Shown: positions 26,133 through 38,920, numbered from the whole stretch's first letter. The stretch is DNA of 63,138 bases, filler included, from Octopus bimaculoides (GCF_001194135.2; 5 parts of 4 records of this genome joined end to end with filler, not necessarily neighbours in it), one strand, 5' to 3'. Program-made: numbers and translations. Notes: generated from the letters alone by a model not told the origin.

Positions 26133-26899
26133 CTGCACTAAATATTTGTTTTTGTTTTGTTCTTTTTTTTTTGCAAAAATGAAGAGACCTCAATATATGT
26201 TAAAGGGTATCATATTTGTACAAAATGAATGAATCATTTCATTTATTCTCAGTTTCTCACTTCAAGCAGCAATAGATATGAAGGAAATATTAAGCTAATC
26301 TGCAGTTCATCTCTATTGCCATTTGGAAGTTCACATTGAGAGAGAGTGACTTTGAAAAACTACAAAATGAATCACTAGCTTCCCACTCACAGCTTTACAC
26401 TCTCTGACTATGTCTCTGTTAAGTCTCCCTCTTGTTCATTATACACTCACCCTCTTATTTACTGGATCATATAACCTGTATAAGGAAGGATGGATTTGTA
26501 CCTGTCTGTCTTTGATTTTCCGCCACCACCCTTTATCACTCTACATATCTTCCATCATGACGTCTATTTAACAAAGGATGTCATTAGCTCTATTTGTGTT
26601 CAATATCCACTATTTTCACCCTTCTTTGCTACTGATCATCCCACACACACACACATAATTTCACAGCATTTCTGAATTTCTCTGCACATAATCAATCAAG
26701 TGACAAAAAGATAAATAGGAAATATTGTTTAGACTGATTTTGAGTGTTCAACGGTGAGCAAAGGGTGCAGAGACTGTAGCATTCCTTAGCAGAAGCAGCT
26801 GGTGCTAGATGACAACTCAGTGTAATATGATGAAAGTTTATTACTATCAAATAAGAAAGGGAGGAGAGGCTTGCAGACAAATGATCTACGACAAGAGAA

Positions 26900-27290
26900 G
26901 CTACTCTGTCTGGATCGAGAAAAATTTTACTAAGTTTCTTTGTCTGGTGACAAAATGATAAAATTTAGCATTTCTTAATTAATGTACTGGATAATTGTGT
27001 CAGAATAAGTTATTTTCAGATTGGTATAAGTTACATCGTCTTACTCCATTTGTGTTCAGATGTGCAGTATCCCTAATGTTCCTGGTTAAGGAGATGCCTT
27101 TATTTTTAGTGTCCCTTAATTTCCAGGTACATACAGATAGAAAAATGAAAATATTTCTATCTTTGAACTTAAATGAATATACATGCTGGTTGTACCTAAT
27201 CTTAAAAGTGCACACTGTTAGTCCAATATCATTCTTTTCAATACAGTTGTTAGAAGAGGACACGTCTGTTTTCATTCCTCCTCTTCACTC
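26900..27290 (-). mobile_element. Penelope-like element GIY-YIG endonuclease remnant
   Basis: ORF 27000-27275: DIGLTVCTFKIRYNQHVYSFK...LSVCTWKLRD...GVRRCNLYQSE, matching the PLE YIGxT..FKxRYxxH..SF....LSxxxWxL.D....CxLCxxE pattern. Confidence 0.8.
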
Positions 27291-27348
27291 TCTATTTCTT
27301 CTCTATATCTTCTCTAGAATAACTATTGCTTAACCATTTTCTCACACC

Positions 27349-27396
27349 GACTCCGATGAAGGGACATATAAAATATCCCAGAAACCGCTGTAAGAC
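27349..27396 (+). ncRNA. Decayed type-I hammerhead ribozyme, family F
   Basis: GACU-CCGAUGA-A-GGGACAU(AUAAA)AUAUCCC-A-GAAAC-CGCU-GU-A-AGAC. U4 is changed to C, with one mismatch each in stems I and II. Confidence 0.55.
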
Positions 27397-27453
27397 CTTC
27401 TCTTTATAAATGTTCTGAAATCTTTCACAGCCTTGGATTTTTATCTCATTCTG

Positions 27454-27489
<36 letters not shown>

Positions 27490-27493
<4 letters not shown>

Positions 27494-27553
27494 TTTATTC
27501 TTTTACTTGTTTCAGTCATTTGACTACAGCCATACTGGAGCACCAGTTTAGTT
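27490..27553 (-). mobile_element. SINE family A tail running into a gap
   Basis: TTCTTTTACTTGTTTCAGTCATTTGACTACAGCCATACTGGAGCACC. Confidence 0.75.
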
Positions 27554-28526
27554 NNNNNNNNNNNNNNNNNNNNNNNNNNNNNNNNNNNNNNNNNNNNNNN
27601 NNNNNNNNNNNNNNNNNNNNNNNNNNNNNNNNNNNNNNNNNNNNNNNNNNNNNNNNNNNNNNNNNNNNNNNNNNNNNNNNNNNNNNNNNNNNNNNNNNNN
27701 NNNNNNNNNNNNNNNNNNNNNNNNNNNNNNNNNNNNNNNNNNNNNNNNNNNNNNNNNNNNNNNNNNNNNNNNNNNNNNNNNNNNNNNNNNNNNNNNNNNN
27801 NNNNNNNNNNNNNNNNNNNNNNNNNNNNNNNNNNNNNNNNNNNNNNNNNNNNNNNNNNNNNNNNNNNNNNNNNNNNNNNNNNNNNNNNNNNNNNNNNNNN
27901 NNNNNNNNNNNNNNNNNNNNNNNNNNNNNNNNNNNNNNNNNNNNNNNNNNNNNNNNNNNNNNNNNNNNNNNNNNNNNNNNNNNNNNNNNNNNNNNNNNNN
28001 NNNNNNNNNNNNNNNNNNNNNNNNNNNNNNNNNNNNNNNNNNNNNNNNNNNNNNNNNNNNNNNNNNNNNNNNNNNNNNNNNNNNNNNNNNNNNNNNNNNN
28101 NNNNNNNNNNNNNNNNNNNNNNNNNNNNNNNNNNNNNNNNNNNNNNNNNNNNNNNNNNNNNNNNNNNNNNNNNNNNNNNNNNNNNNNNNNNNNNNNNNNN
28201 NNNNNNNNNNNNNNNNNNNNNNNNNNNNNNNNNNNNNNNNNNNNNNNNNNNNNNNNNNNNNNNNNNNNNNNNNNNNNNNNNNNNNNNNNNNNNNNNNNNN
28301 NNNNNNNNNNNNNNNNNNNNNNNNNNNNNNNNNNNNNNNNNNNNNNNNNNNNNNNNNNNNNNNNNNNNNNNNNNNNNNNNNNNNNNNNNNNNNNNNNNNN
28401 NNNNNNNNNNNNNNNNNNNNNNNNNNNNNNNNNNNNNNNNNNNNNNNNNNNNNNNNNNNNNNNNNNNNNNNNNNNNNNNNNNNNNNNNNNNNNNNNNNNN
28501 NNNNNNNNNNNNNNNNNNNNNNNNNN

Positions 28527-28563
<37 letters not shown>

Positions 28564-28874
28564 AACGTATGTATGTATGCATGCATCTATCTATCTATGT
28601 GCGTGTATGTGTGTGTGTTTGTGTGTGCATGTATGTATATATATCTATAAATCTCTGTCTGTGAGTATAGTGGAAGTAATTTATTATGATCCCTTTGGGA
28701 AAGAGGTTTTTAGATACAAAAAACTGGTCAGTAGCACTTAAAAGAGAGTATAATAGTATCCTGAGCTTGTTTGGTATCCATTGATTTTGATAACAATAAC
28801 TGTCTGATAACATTAAATACTAGTATAATAAACAGCTTCCACAATATACATACATACATACATACATAGATACA

Positions 28875-28926
28875 TATTCGGATAGAATGGGGTCTGCCAA
28901 AACTAGGCCGTAACAGCTGTAAGATT
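28875..28926 (+). ncRNA. 3' half of the long-loop hammerhead, family E
   Basis: TATTCGGATAGAATGGGG..GCCAAAA-CTAGGCC-GTAAC-AGCT-GT-A-AGATT. CTAGGCC and AGATT are exact complements of GGCCTAG and AATCT at 9741-9759. A13 is changed to U in this copy. Confidence 0.6.
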
Positions 28927-29972
28927 AAACTTCTGTTCATCCTCTAATTCCTTATGTACTTTGTACTTCTATATGTAAACCATGTTGGCAAAATAACATA
29001 GTCTGCCATGGACACCTGTGCTTTGGTTCTTTCTTTCTTTTTCTTTTCTTCCTTCCTTTGTCACTTTTGCTATGAATTAAATTAATGAATTCAACGGGAT
29101 ACACCGTCTGCAAGTAGTTGGGTTCAGCATATTATCCTCCATTTTCTAATTGTTACACAAATTTTGGGTAAAACCTCNNNNNNNNNNNNNNNNNNNNNNN
29201 NNNNNNNNNNNNNNNNNNNNNNNNNNNNNNNNNNNNNNNNNNNNNNNNNNNNNNNNNNNNNNNNNNNNNNNNNNNNNNNNNNNNNNNNNNNNNNNNNNNN
29301 NNNNNNNNNNNNNNNNNNNNNNNNNNNNNNNNNNNNNNNNNNNNNNNNNNNNNNNNNNNNNNNNNNNNNNNNNNNNNNNNNNNNNNNNNNNNNNNNNNNN
29401 NNNNNNNNNNNNNNNNNNNNNNNNNNNNNNNNNNNNNNNNNNNNNNNNNNNNNNNNNNNNNNNNNNNNNNNNNNNNNNNNNNNNNNNNNNNNNNNNNNNN
29501 NNNNNNNNNNNNNNNNNNNNNNNNNNNNNNNNNNNNNNNNNNNNNNNNNNNNNNNNNNNNNNNNNNNNNNNNNNNNNNNNNNNNNNNNNNNNNNNNNNNN
29601 NNNNNNNNNNNNNNNNNNNNNNNNNNNNNNNNNNNNNNNNNNNNNNNNNNNNNNNNNNNNNNNNNNNNNNNNNNNNNNNNNNNNNNNNNNNNNNNNNNNN
29701 NNNNNNNNNNNNNNNNNNNNNNNNNNNNNNNNNNNNNNNNNNNNNNNNNNNNNNNNNNNNNNNNNNNNNNNNNNNNNNNNNNNNNNNNNNNNNNNNNNNN
29801 NNNNNNNNNNNNNNNNNNNNNNNNNNNNNNNNNNNNNNNNNNNNNNNNNNNNNNNNNNNNNNNNNNNNNNNNNNNNNNNNNNNNNNNNNNNNNNNNNNNN
29901 NNNNNNNNNNNNNNNNNNNNNNNNNNNNNNNNNNNNNNNNNNNNNNNNNNNNNNNNNNNNNNNNNNNNNNNN

Positions 29973-30287
29973 TAGTACTTATTTTATTGGTCTCTTTTTG
30001 CCGAACCGCTAAGTGATGGTGACATAAACACACCAGCATCGGTTGTCAAGCAATGCTAGGGGGACAAACACAGACACACAAACATACACACACACAAACA
30101 TACACACACACATACATATATACGACGGGCTTCTTTCAGTTTCCGTCTACCAAATCCATTCACAAGGCTTTGGTCGGCCCGAGGCTATAGTAGAAGACAC
30201 TTGCCCAAGGTGCCACGCAGTGGGACTGAACCCGGAACCATGTGGTTGGTAAGCAAGCTACTTACCACACAGCCACTCCTGCACCTA
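29973..30287 (-). mobile_element. SINE family A, young copy; 3' end in gap
   Basis: Nearly identical to 608-1033 over core and head. Confidence 0.9.
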
Positions 30288-31439
30288 TTAGCCACTCCTG
30301 CGTCATTGTTCAGTTTTATTTCAAGATTTCTTGCCAAGATAGAAAGAGCCAGTTTCTAACCTAGAAATTCCTTCATTGGAATTTCAACATCAATAGAGTT
30401 TTTTTGCATGAATGTGTGTATATGTCTAGTATTTGGAGTCAGTGAATGTGCAGATTTGTACGTTTTGTTTTGTGTATGTATGTATGTATGTATGTATGTA
30501 TGTATGGATAGAAAGGTGGATAGATAGATAGATGTATGGAGGGATGGATATGCTTGTATAACAGTGTATGTGTGTGTATCAGTTTGTTTACTTACACATG
30601 TATTTATATTAAGAAAGATCTGTTGAAGTATATATATATATGTGCATGTTTATGTATGTATGTATGTATGTATGTATGTATGTATGTATGTATGTATGTA
30701 TATATATGTATGTATGAGTATGTGTGTGCATGATTGCATGAATGTGAGCATTTCATATGTTGGTGTGTGCATGTATTTGCATGCACATATGCATGATACA
30801 CATGAGCGTGCTTGTGTGGGGATTTAAAACTTTTCACTACCTTTCCACTATTTTCTATAAAATGTTAGCTTGTCAAAAGGTGGAGGTTAAAAAAATGAGG
30901 TTGCAGAATAGGATAGAGGTAGAAACAGAGGGAGAGAAAGTGGATGATACATGGGTTGAAAGTGATGAGTATGGAGAAGGTTATGCTCTGCTAAGAAGAA
31001 CTAATAAGACAGAAACATCTCCATAATTACTGCCTCACTACTTCTATCACTACACAGCACTTGTGAAGAGCAGATTAAATTGATATTAACCAGTGAGCTA
31101 ATGTTTTTGTTCTCCTCACCATATAAATATTATTTATTATTCAGAGTTGTTTTCTTTCATACATTAAGTACGATGGCCCAGATTTTACTACAAATGTAGG
31201 TAAAACATGAAATACTTGAGAGGGGCTAAGTAGAGAGAAAATTAAGACAGGTTTAATAAGAGATAAACCAAGAAATTATATACCTTGCAATATATGTATG
31301 TGTGTGTGTGTGTATTTATATTATATATTTCATATACATATATATATAGATAGATACATAGGCATACATACATACATACATGTATACATACATGTGTGTA
31401 TATGCATACACACACAACACGCACAAACAGGTACAGAGA

Positions 31440-31460
31440 TAGAGATAGAGAGAGAGAGAT

Positions 31461-31545
<85 letters not shown>

Positions 31546-31595
31546 AGGAAGGAAGGGAAGAAGGAAGGGAAGAAAGAAGGGAAGAAAGAAGGGAA

Positions 31596-31641
<46 letters not shown>

Positions 31642-31690
31642 AATAAAAAAAGAAAACTAGAAAAAAGGAAGGAAGAAAGAGAAAGAAAGT
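31440..31690. repeat. Polypurine (GA)n/(GAAA)n/(GGAA)n tract
   Basis: Direct reading. Confidence 0.9.
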
Positions 31691-31956
31691 GACAGAGTAA
31701 ACGCTACAATTAGGTGTACAGGAGGTGAGGGGCCCCACAGTAGATTGGCTTGGCTTGTAGAACTGAGAGAAGGAAAAGATTAATAGAAAGGCCAAAGTTA
31801 TCGGGAAAGCTGAAGAAATGAAGAGAAATAGTGAGAGAAAATAATGGAGTCGTTTACAGAGATAGAGAAGAGCAAAAGAGAGAGGGGGGAAACGAAATGG
31901 AGGAAGAGAGAGAAGGAACGTGAGAGAGAAAGGCATTAACCAGAGATATATAGGAC

Positions 31957-31995
<39 letters not shown>

Positions 31996-32082
31996 NNNNN
32001 NNNNNNNNNNNNNNNNNNNNNNNNNNNNNNNNNNNNNNNNNNNNNNNNNNNNNNNNNNNNNNNNNNNNNNNNNNNNNNNNNN

Positions 32083-32128
<46 letters not shown>

Positions 32129-32323
32129 ATACATATATACATATATATACATACATACATACATACAGATAGACAGACAGACAGACAGACAGACAAACAT
32201 ACATACATATATATATATATATATCGTTTGTAGAAAACATAAATCTGGAGAAGCACATCATACATACGTACATACATACATACACACATACACACATACA
32301 TAAATATATACAATATATTAGAG

Positions 32324-32372
<49 letters not shown>

Positions 32373-32382
32373 NNNNNNNNNN

Positions 32383-32428
<46 letters not shown>

Positions 32429-32940
32429 TGGAGAGAGAAAGAAGGGGAGAGAGGTAGAGAGGTGAGGAGTATACGTTGGTGTGTGCGTGTGTGTATATAT
32501 ATATATGTAGATGTGTGTATGTGTAGATAGAGTAGATAGATATATAGATACATATACATACATACATACATGCATACACACGCACGCGCGCAGGCAGACT
32601 GTTAGGCATAGACGAACACATACATACAGAAAATGATTGAAGAAGAAAAGAGATACGAAAGCGAGAAAATTACTAAAAAAAAAAAGAGAGAGAAAAGGAT
32701 GAGAAAAAGCAATTAATAAAGAAAGGACATGATATTGAAAGGAATAGAAAAGATGGCAAGTAGTCCATGATTGGGAAGTCTATAAGATGTTTGTAAAGTG
32801 GAGTTGTGAAGATCGATACTTACATAGCGATGGCAGCAAGCAAGAACAGCACATGGCAGGTTGGTTGGTCAACATTCACATGAAAACAGTCTCCACCTCA
32901 TTGTTTTCTATACATGTCCGTCCGTCTGTCTGGCGGCAGG

Positions 32941-33450
32941 AAAACTGTCGTCTGCTTACTGGACTATGAGTGAGGGGATTGGATGAGTGAATGAGTGAGG
33001 AAGTGAAGGAGGGGGAGGGAGAGGTGTAGAATGTGAGGGAGTAAGGAAAGCAAAGTTGTCGTCTGCTTACAGGGAAAAGAGAGAGAGAGAAAGAAAGAAA
33101 GAGGTTGAGTGAAGAAGAGGAAGTGAGTGAGAGAAAGAGGAAGAGAGAGAAACAGATTGATAGAGTGAGGAAAGCAAACCGTCGTCTGCTTACTGGAAAA
33201 TAAGAGAGAGTGAGTAAAGAAAATGAAGCGTGTGAGAGACAGAGGGGAAAAGACAGAGAGACAAACAGATTAAGAGAGTAAGCAAATAAACTGTCGTCTG
33301 CTTACGAGAAAGGGAAACTTGACTGAGTGAAGAAGTGAAAAGAAGAAAGAGAAAAAAGAATAAAAGAGAGAGAGTGTGTGTGTGTGTGTGAGGAAGAAAG
33401 AGAAAGGAAGGAAGAATGCGTTTGCGGCGATAGAAAAATATCGTCTGCTC
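32941..33450. repeat. Array of five spaced copies of GTCGTCTGCTTAC separated by unrelated purine-rich spacers
   Basis: Exact 13-mer at 32947, 33058, 33181 and 33293; degenerate copy at 33440. Spacing 111, 123, 112 and 147 bp. Confidence 0.85.
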
Positions 33451-33644
33451 TATAGAAAGGAACTACTTTATAGAGTAAGAAGAGTGTGAATAGAGGATAA
33501 AGGATGAGAGAAAACGAGGAAGAGGAGAGACTAATATATGTGAATGAGTGAGTGAGTGAGTGAGTGAGTGAGTGAGTGAGTGAGTGAGTGGGTGAGTGAG
33601 TGAGTAAGTGATAAATAGAGCACGTGGAAGAAATAGCAGGAAAA

Positions 33645-33704
<60 letters not shown>

Positions 33705-34471
33705 GCAGGCAGGCAGACAGACAGCTGCAGAGAGACAAGCAAAGAGGAAGGAGAAAAGCGTGATGAGAAAGTAGAAAGGAAGAGAAACAGAGAAAAAGAG
33801 ACGAAAGGAAGTATGAAAAAAAAAACGGAGAGAGAGAGAGAGAGAAAAGAGATTCATACAAAGAGGTAGTCAGAGGAAGACTGCAAATGCTGCGAGAAAG
33901 ACTGCAGCGTGCGAATTAAAAATAAAGCACCCCTCTTGTTTTTTTTCATATATACCTTGCCATCAGCTAGGTAAGGGAGTCAGGTAGAAGAGAGTAAAGA
34001 AGAGACGACTGAGGTAAAGAATGATAAAGATGATGGCCGATAGGTCATCTTCGAGCTGATGGGGCTGAAATGTCGCGTGACTTGCTTTCACCTTCGCTGT
34101 CGAGGCACTACAGTCCCCCTATATGTTAGTGAACCCCAGCAACTATTTATTATTGTGTTCATACTTCAGCCTCATTCATTCATTCACTCAACAACTCACT
34201 CTTAATCGATTTCTCTTTCACAAACTAAGAGAGAAATGTGAGGTAAATATAGGGAGTGAAGGAGGCATGTAAGGTAAAGAGAAGGAGAGTGACAGAGACA
34301 GAGACAGAGACAGAGAAAGACAGAGGAGAAGAGAGAAAAGAGAGACGATAAGACTAAGACATTAGAGGTAAAGAATGAAACATTGAGATATAAGTACATT
34401 CAAATATATTTATATACATGCGTTTCCACACACGGTCACACACACGCATACATTTTGTAGAATGATGATAA

Positions 34472-34506
<35 letters not shown>

Positions 34507-34730
34507 GGAAAGGTATAAATTGAAAAGAGAAAATATGGTACAGAAGTGTGTGTGTGTGTACGCACGCATGTGTGTGCAAATAGTCAAACGAACATGCAGG
34601 TTCATTTACCTGTGCTCGTCCCGGTTTCTGAGGCAAATAAGCGACTGCGAATACACGAATTCCACCTGAGCAGGACGCCATTCCATTTCGGTTTTAACCC
34701 TCCAGTTGGAACTCATTTTCAGCTGAGCAT

Positions 34731-34761
<31 letters not shown>

Positions 34762-34811
34762 CATGTATATATATATATATATATATAAGAATTTAAGGAA
34801 ATACACATAAT

Positions 34812-34858
<47 letters not shown>

Positions 34859-34988
34859 CTCTGTGTGTGTGTGTGTGTGTGTGTGTGTNNNNNNNNNNNN
34901 NNNNNNNNNNNNNNNNNNNNNNNNNNNNNNNNTTAATTAATTAANNNNNNNNNNNNNNNNNNNNNNNNNNNNNNNNNNNNNNNNNNNN

Positions 34989-35020
<32 letters not shown>

Positions 35021-35735
35021 CGTATATTTATAAAACTGAATAATAAGTACAGTTATACATACATACACTCACATGGACATATTTAGCTATCTTTCCTTTG
35101 TTTATAAGTTATAATGAACGAACTCATTCAGCTATTATATAATTCATTTACAAACCTTTCCCTTTCTGTTCTTTCTTTAGTTGTCGTCCGTTTTCTAACG
35201 ACTTATAAACAATATTCAGCTATATTCAATTTCATGCGTTATTTACGTCGGGGCTGCGTTTTTTAATCATTGTTTCAAAGGATAACATGGCTCAGATGCT
35301 TGACATAATATTAAACAAAACATCGCACGTACAAAATTAAGAAATTATATTATTGCTTCTGGAAAAAACATTTTTACTCCCAATCTTTACTGTTTAGTCG
35401 AAGTGGTTATTCTCAGCAGAACGTGTTGCTTAGTTTTAATTACAGATGATCTGTTCGACGGGGCAGTCATGGGTATAAACTTAGAGACGTGTGCGCAGCA
35501 AACTTGTGATTTCGGATTCATTGCTTCTGCCTGGCACCTTGGGCAAGAATCAAGACGGTGAATGCCTTCGGAATCAATATGGAAGTTGAAAACTATGTGA
35601 AAGTCCGTTTTGTAGATACAGGGTGTTGATATTTTGCATAAATATAAATGAACATCCAATACCGTAACCAAAAATTAAAAGTATTTTACAAAGTCAAAAC
35701 TATGATCTACATTATTGCTGGGAGATTATATGAAT

Positions 35736-36180
35736 TTACTGAAAGATGTCGCCAGCAATTTCCACCACGGTGTCAAGACGCCTCCAGAATATAGAAAATG
35801 CCATCGTTGCTGTCTTCGTGGGACAAACTTCGAAAGCCCCCTTGATCCTGACCATCATATCAGCATTGGTCATACAGGCAAGACAGTTTGTGTCTGCCTC
35901 GAACGTACCCAGCACAGAGTTAGCCAAGGGATTACAATCGGTGCAATTAGATCGCCAGAAATTAATGCTGATATCGTCGAAGAAATTCTCCGATAACATC
36001 TTCTGTCCCCTTTCCGAGGTAAGGCAAGGAGCGCCGAATCCTGCTGCCAGAAATATGCATTTCTAGGAGCAACCCTTCGTAACCAGGGTTTGATCAGCTT
36101 CTACACTAGTTTTACATCTGAATTGAGCCTAAGGTCGTGTTCAAGGATATCAGCAGGAATAAAAATAGCGTGCAGACGCG
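35736..36180 (-). mobile_element. Second maT/DD37D-like transposase remnant (catalytic C-terminal half)
   Basis: Minus frames: LRLNSD...IKPWLRRVA..AYFWQQDSA; LSENFFDDISINFWRSNCTDCNPLANSVLGTFEADTN...RRLDTVVEIAGDIFQ*. Homologous to 4464-5455. Confidence 0.75.
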
Positions 36181-37094
36181 GTCAGACACCTGGTGTGTCA
36201 CTTCTTGCTTGTTTCTATTGCCGAAAGCCATGTCACATCTTACAGCCTCTCTAGTGTTCACAGAGTATTAACAACCGACATGATGTTGGCATTTGATACC
36301 GAGCGCGACACAGGTTTTTCTTTTCCGATATCCAGATGATCTTGTGTTTATATTTGTAACAAATTCAGGAGTAACTACTATTAGCTTATTTCTGAGTGTA
36401 TCTATGCTATCATGTACACCATACATTTTACAACACGATAGGAACGTTTGGAACATCATCTTGAAATGTGAAATATTTCGTTAAAATAATGCAGAGCACG
36501 AACATTCGCCTTCTCTAACAGACATGATTATTTAAAGAATAAAGGACCGAAGTAATCAATCAATGTTAAATGCTACCTTCGTAGGTCATACTGGGGCAGC
36601 ACATTATGGATTTCATAATGGAAATTTTAATTCATATTTGAATATCATTTTCCCATTAAATCATAGATAATTCTCAGTGTTAAAATTTCTGAAGAATTCT
36701 TCTTTCTGTATATAATAACTACCCAATAAGATAATGGTAATCGTCTGTACGAAATACGGGAAGAGAACTCGATATAGAATAACGCCTACACTTTCCTGAG
36801 CAATGTTGTAAAACTGTTGATTTTTTGATTTAGGAGCAAGCCGCGAAAATTTGAAGGGAGGTCTTAGTCCATATCATCTCAGATAATACTTTTCCTCGGT
36901 GACTACGAAGGGAGAATATGTGAAGTTTTACTGAGAAGGCTATTCAAAAGATAAGAGACTCTCAGTAGAAACCATGTTAAATTGGTGGAACAACACTTGT
37001 TTTAAAACAATCTTTACTATGTCTATATTAAACAGTTGTACTTTCTACTCCAACTTTAACGAATTTTCAAATATTTTTATAACAAGATATATTT

Positions 37095-37447
37095 TTCTTT
37101 TTCTTTTACTTTTGCCGGTCATTAGGCTGAAGCCATACTGGTGCACTGGGTCGAAGAATGTTTAGTCGAACGTACATTCTGAACTGTTCATTTTAATTTC
37201 TAATAAATTACTTTGGCGATCCGCTTACTTACGTGGACGTAAACACATCGTTTATCAAACGGTGGTGGAGGCAAACGCAAACACATACTCACATATTTCT
37301 TACAGTTTCTGTTTAGCAGATACACTGAGTTTGGCCGGTCCGAGCCTAGTGTAGAAGACACACGCCCAATGTGCGACGTAGTCGGAATGAACTTAAACTA
37401 TGTGGTTGGGTAGCAAACATCTTACCACACACTTACGCCTATGCCTA
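37095..37447 (-). mobile_element. SINE family A, old diverged copy
   Basis: Collinear with 608-1033, with many substitutions. Confidence 0.7.
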
Positions 37448-37494
37448 CATATTCAGTTTTCCATATTTATTCTCATGCCTTCCGTTATTTGTAT

Positions 37495-37740
37495 GGGAAG
37501 AAGTCGCACGGCCAAGTAGTTAGGCTTCATAGTCTCACGATCAAACAAAATCTTCCTTCCGAATCCCAGAGAGGAGAATACGTTGTGTTCTTGAGCGAAG
37601 TAAGTGACTTCACTTTGCTCCCGTACACTAAGCTGCGAGTGAGTAATGTTGCGACGGACTGACGTCCTTTCAGCTGGTAGTTACGATCTGTGTCAGTTAT
37701 ACTCTGCGTAACCTGCTTTGCGAGTTCAGGGACTCGAGAC
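37495..37740 (+). mobile_element. SINE family B, diverged
   Basis: CGTTGTGTTCTTGAGC...CACTTTGCTCC...CACTAAGCTG resembles the 11855-12230 core. Confidence 0.55.
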
Positions 37741-38759
37741 AGTAATTATTTTGGTGATACTAATAAATGTTACACGTAGATTATAGAGTGTAAGATAATC
37801 TTCACATGCAGAAAAATATCTATTTTTTGCGTCTTAACATTGGATTCCATATTGAACAGTGAAAGTATCCACGGCCTGGAGATTTTTCCATTGGTTATCT
37901 AACGCCATTAAACCAATCGCCCTCCTTCCCTATTCTTATTTTAGATATCAAAATGTCAAATGCATTTTTTATTGGGAAACAATCACGGATTTAATAAGAG
38001 TTTTATGCACCATTATATACAGAAATCAATAGAGTGATAATTTCAGGATATGATCAATAAACGTTCTCTTTCTCAAAAGTCATGCAGCTATTTTAGCAAT
38101 TATAAACAGTGTGATATAAAATAATGGATGTCCACACGCAATTAAATAGAACTTGCTGTGGATACAGATATTTTAAGTGTTTTTTCTATGAAGATTCAAG
38201 TGTTTAAACTTTTAGCAATTTCATTTCTTCGATCAATGTATAAAGACATTATTTTTAATAAAACTGTTCATTGTTCTCTTTAAAAGACCACTGGCATAAT
38301 GTCATTGATTGTTGAGAGGAAAATCACAATTCTTTTGACCAGGTGAAGTAAAAATTTAAAATTATGGGCGGGTACACTTAGAATAAAGTCTCTTTCACCG
38401 GCAATCGCTTCGAGGCATATTTATTTAAGTTGTGCTTTACATATTTTTATAGGAATATTCTTTTAAAATCTTTATATCTGAAGGTGAAAGAAACAGATAA
38501 AATTGATCACGTCAAAGGTGAAAATGTGAAATTTTAAATCATAGATTTATTCACAATATTTTCTTTTTTTTCAATTTTTCGTATTAAGAATACATTTAAT
38601 GCGAACATAAGGCAGAATTGTTAGAGCGTCTGTGAAAATACTGTGAGGTATTTCTTTAGCTTGCTTACTGAGTTGAAATTCAATTGAAGCAAACTTTTCC
38701 TTTCAACCATTCGGTGTCGATCAGATATTGGTTTGAAATTTTGTCACATGACCAGCAGA

Positions 38760-38920
38760 TTCGGCGAGGGAATGGATCGACACATGGACCCTCCCTACCA
38801 GTGTTATCGACCTCGGGATGGTGCAAGTCAAAGTCGACTTGCGCGGAATTTGGACTCACGACGTAAAGAGGATGATAGGCCGCTAAACATATTGTCCGGC
38901 GTACTAATATTTATGCCAGA
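38760..38920 (-). mobile_element. SINE family C, diverged
   Basis: TTATCGACCTCGGGATGG..AAAGTCGACTTGCGCGGAATTTGGACTCACGACGTAAAG is the reverse complement of the family C core and B-box. Confidence 0.65.

Noticed and set aside
32941-33450. CRISPR array interpretation of the spaced motif
   Set aside because: Eukaryotic context, 13-bp repeat, ~100-bp low-complexity spacers and no cas genes.
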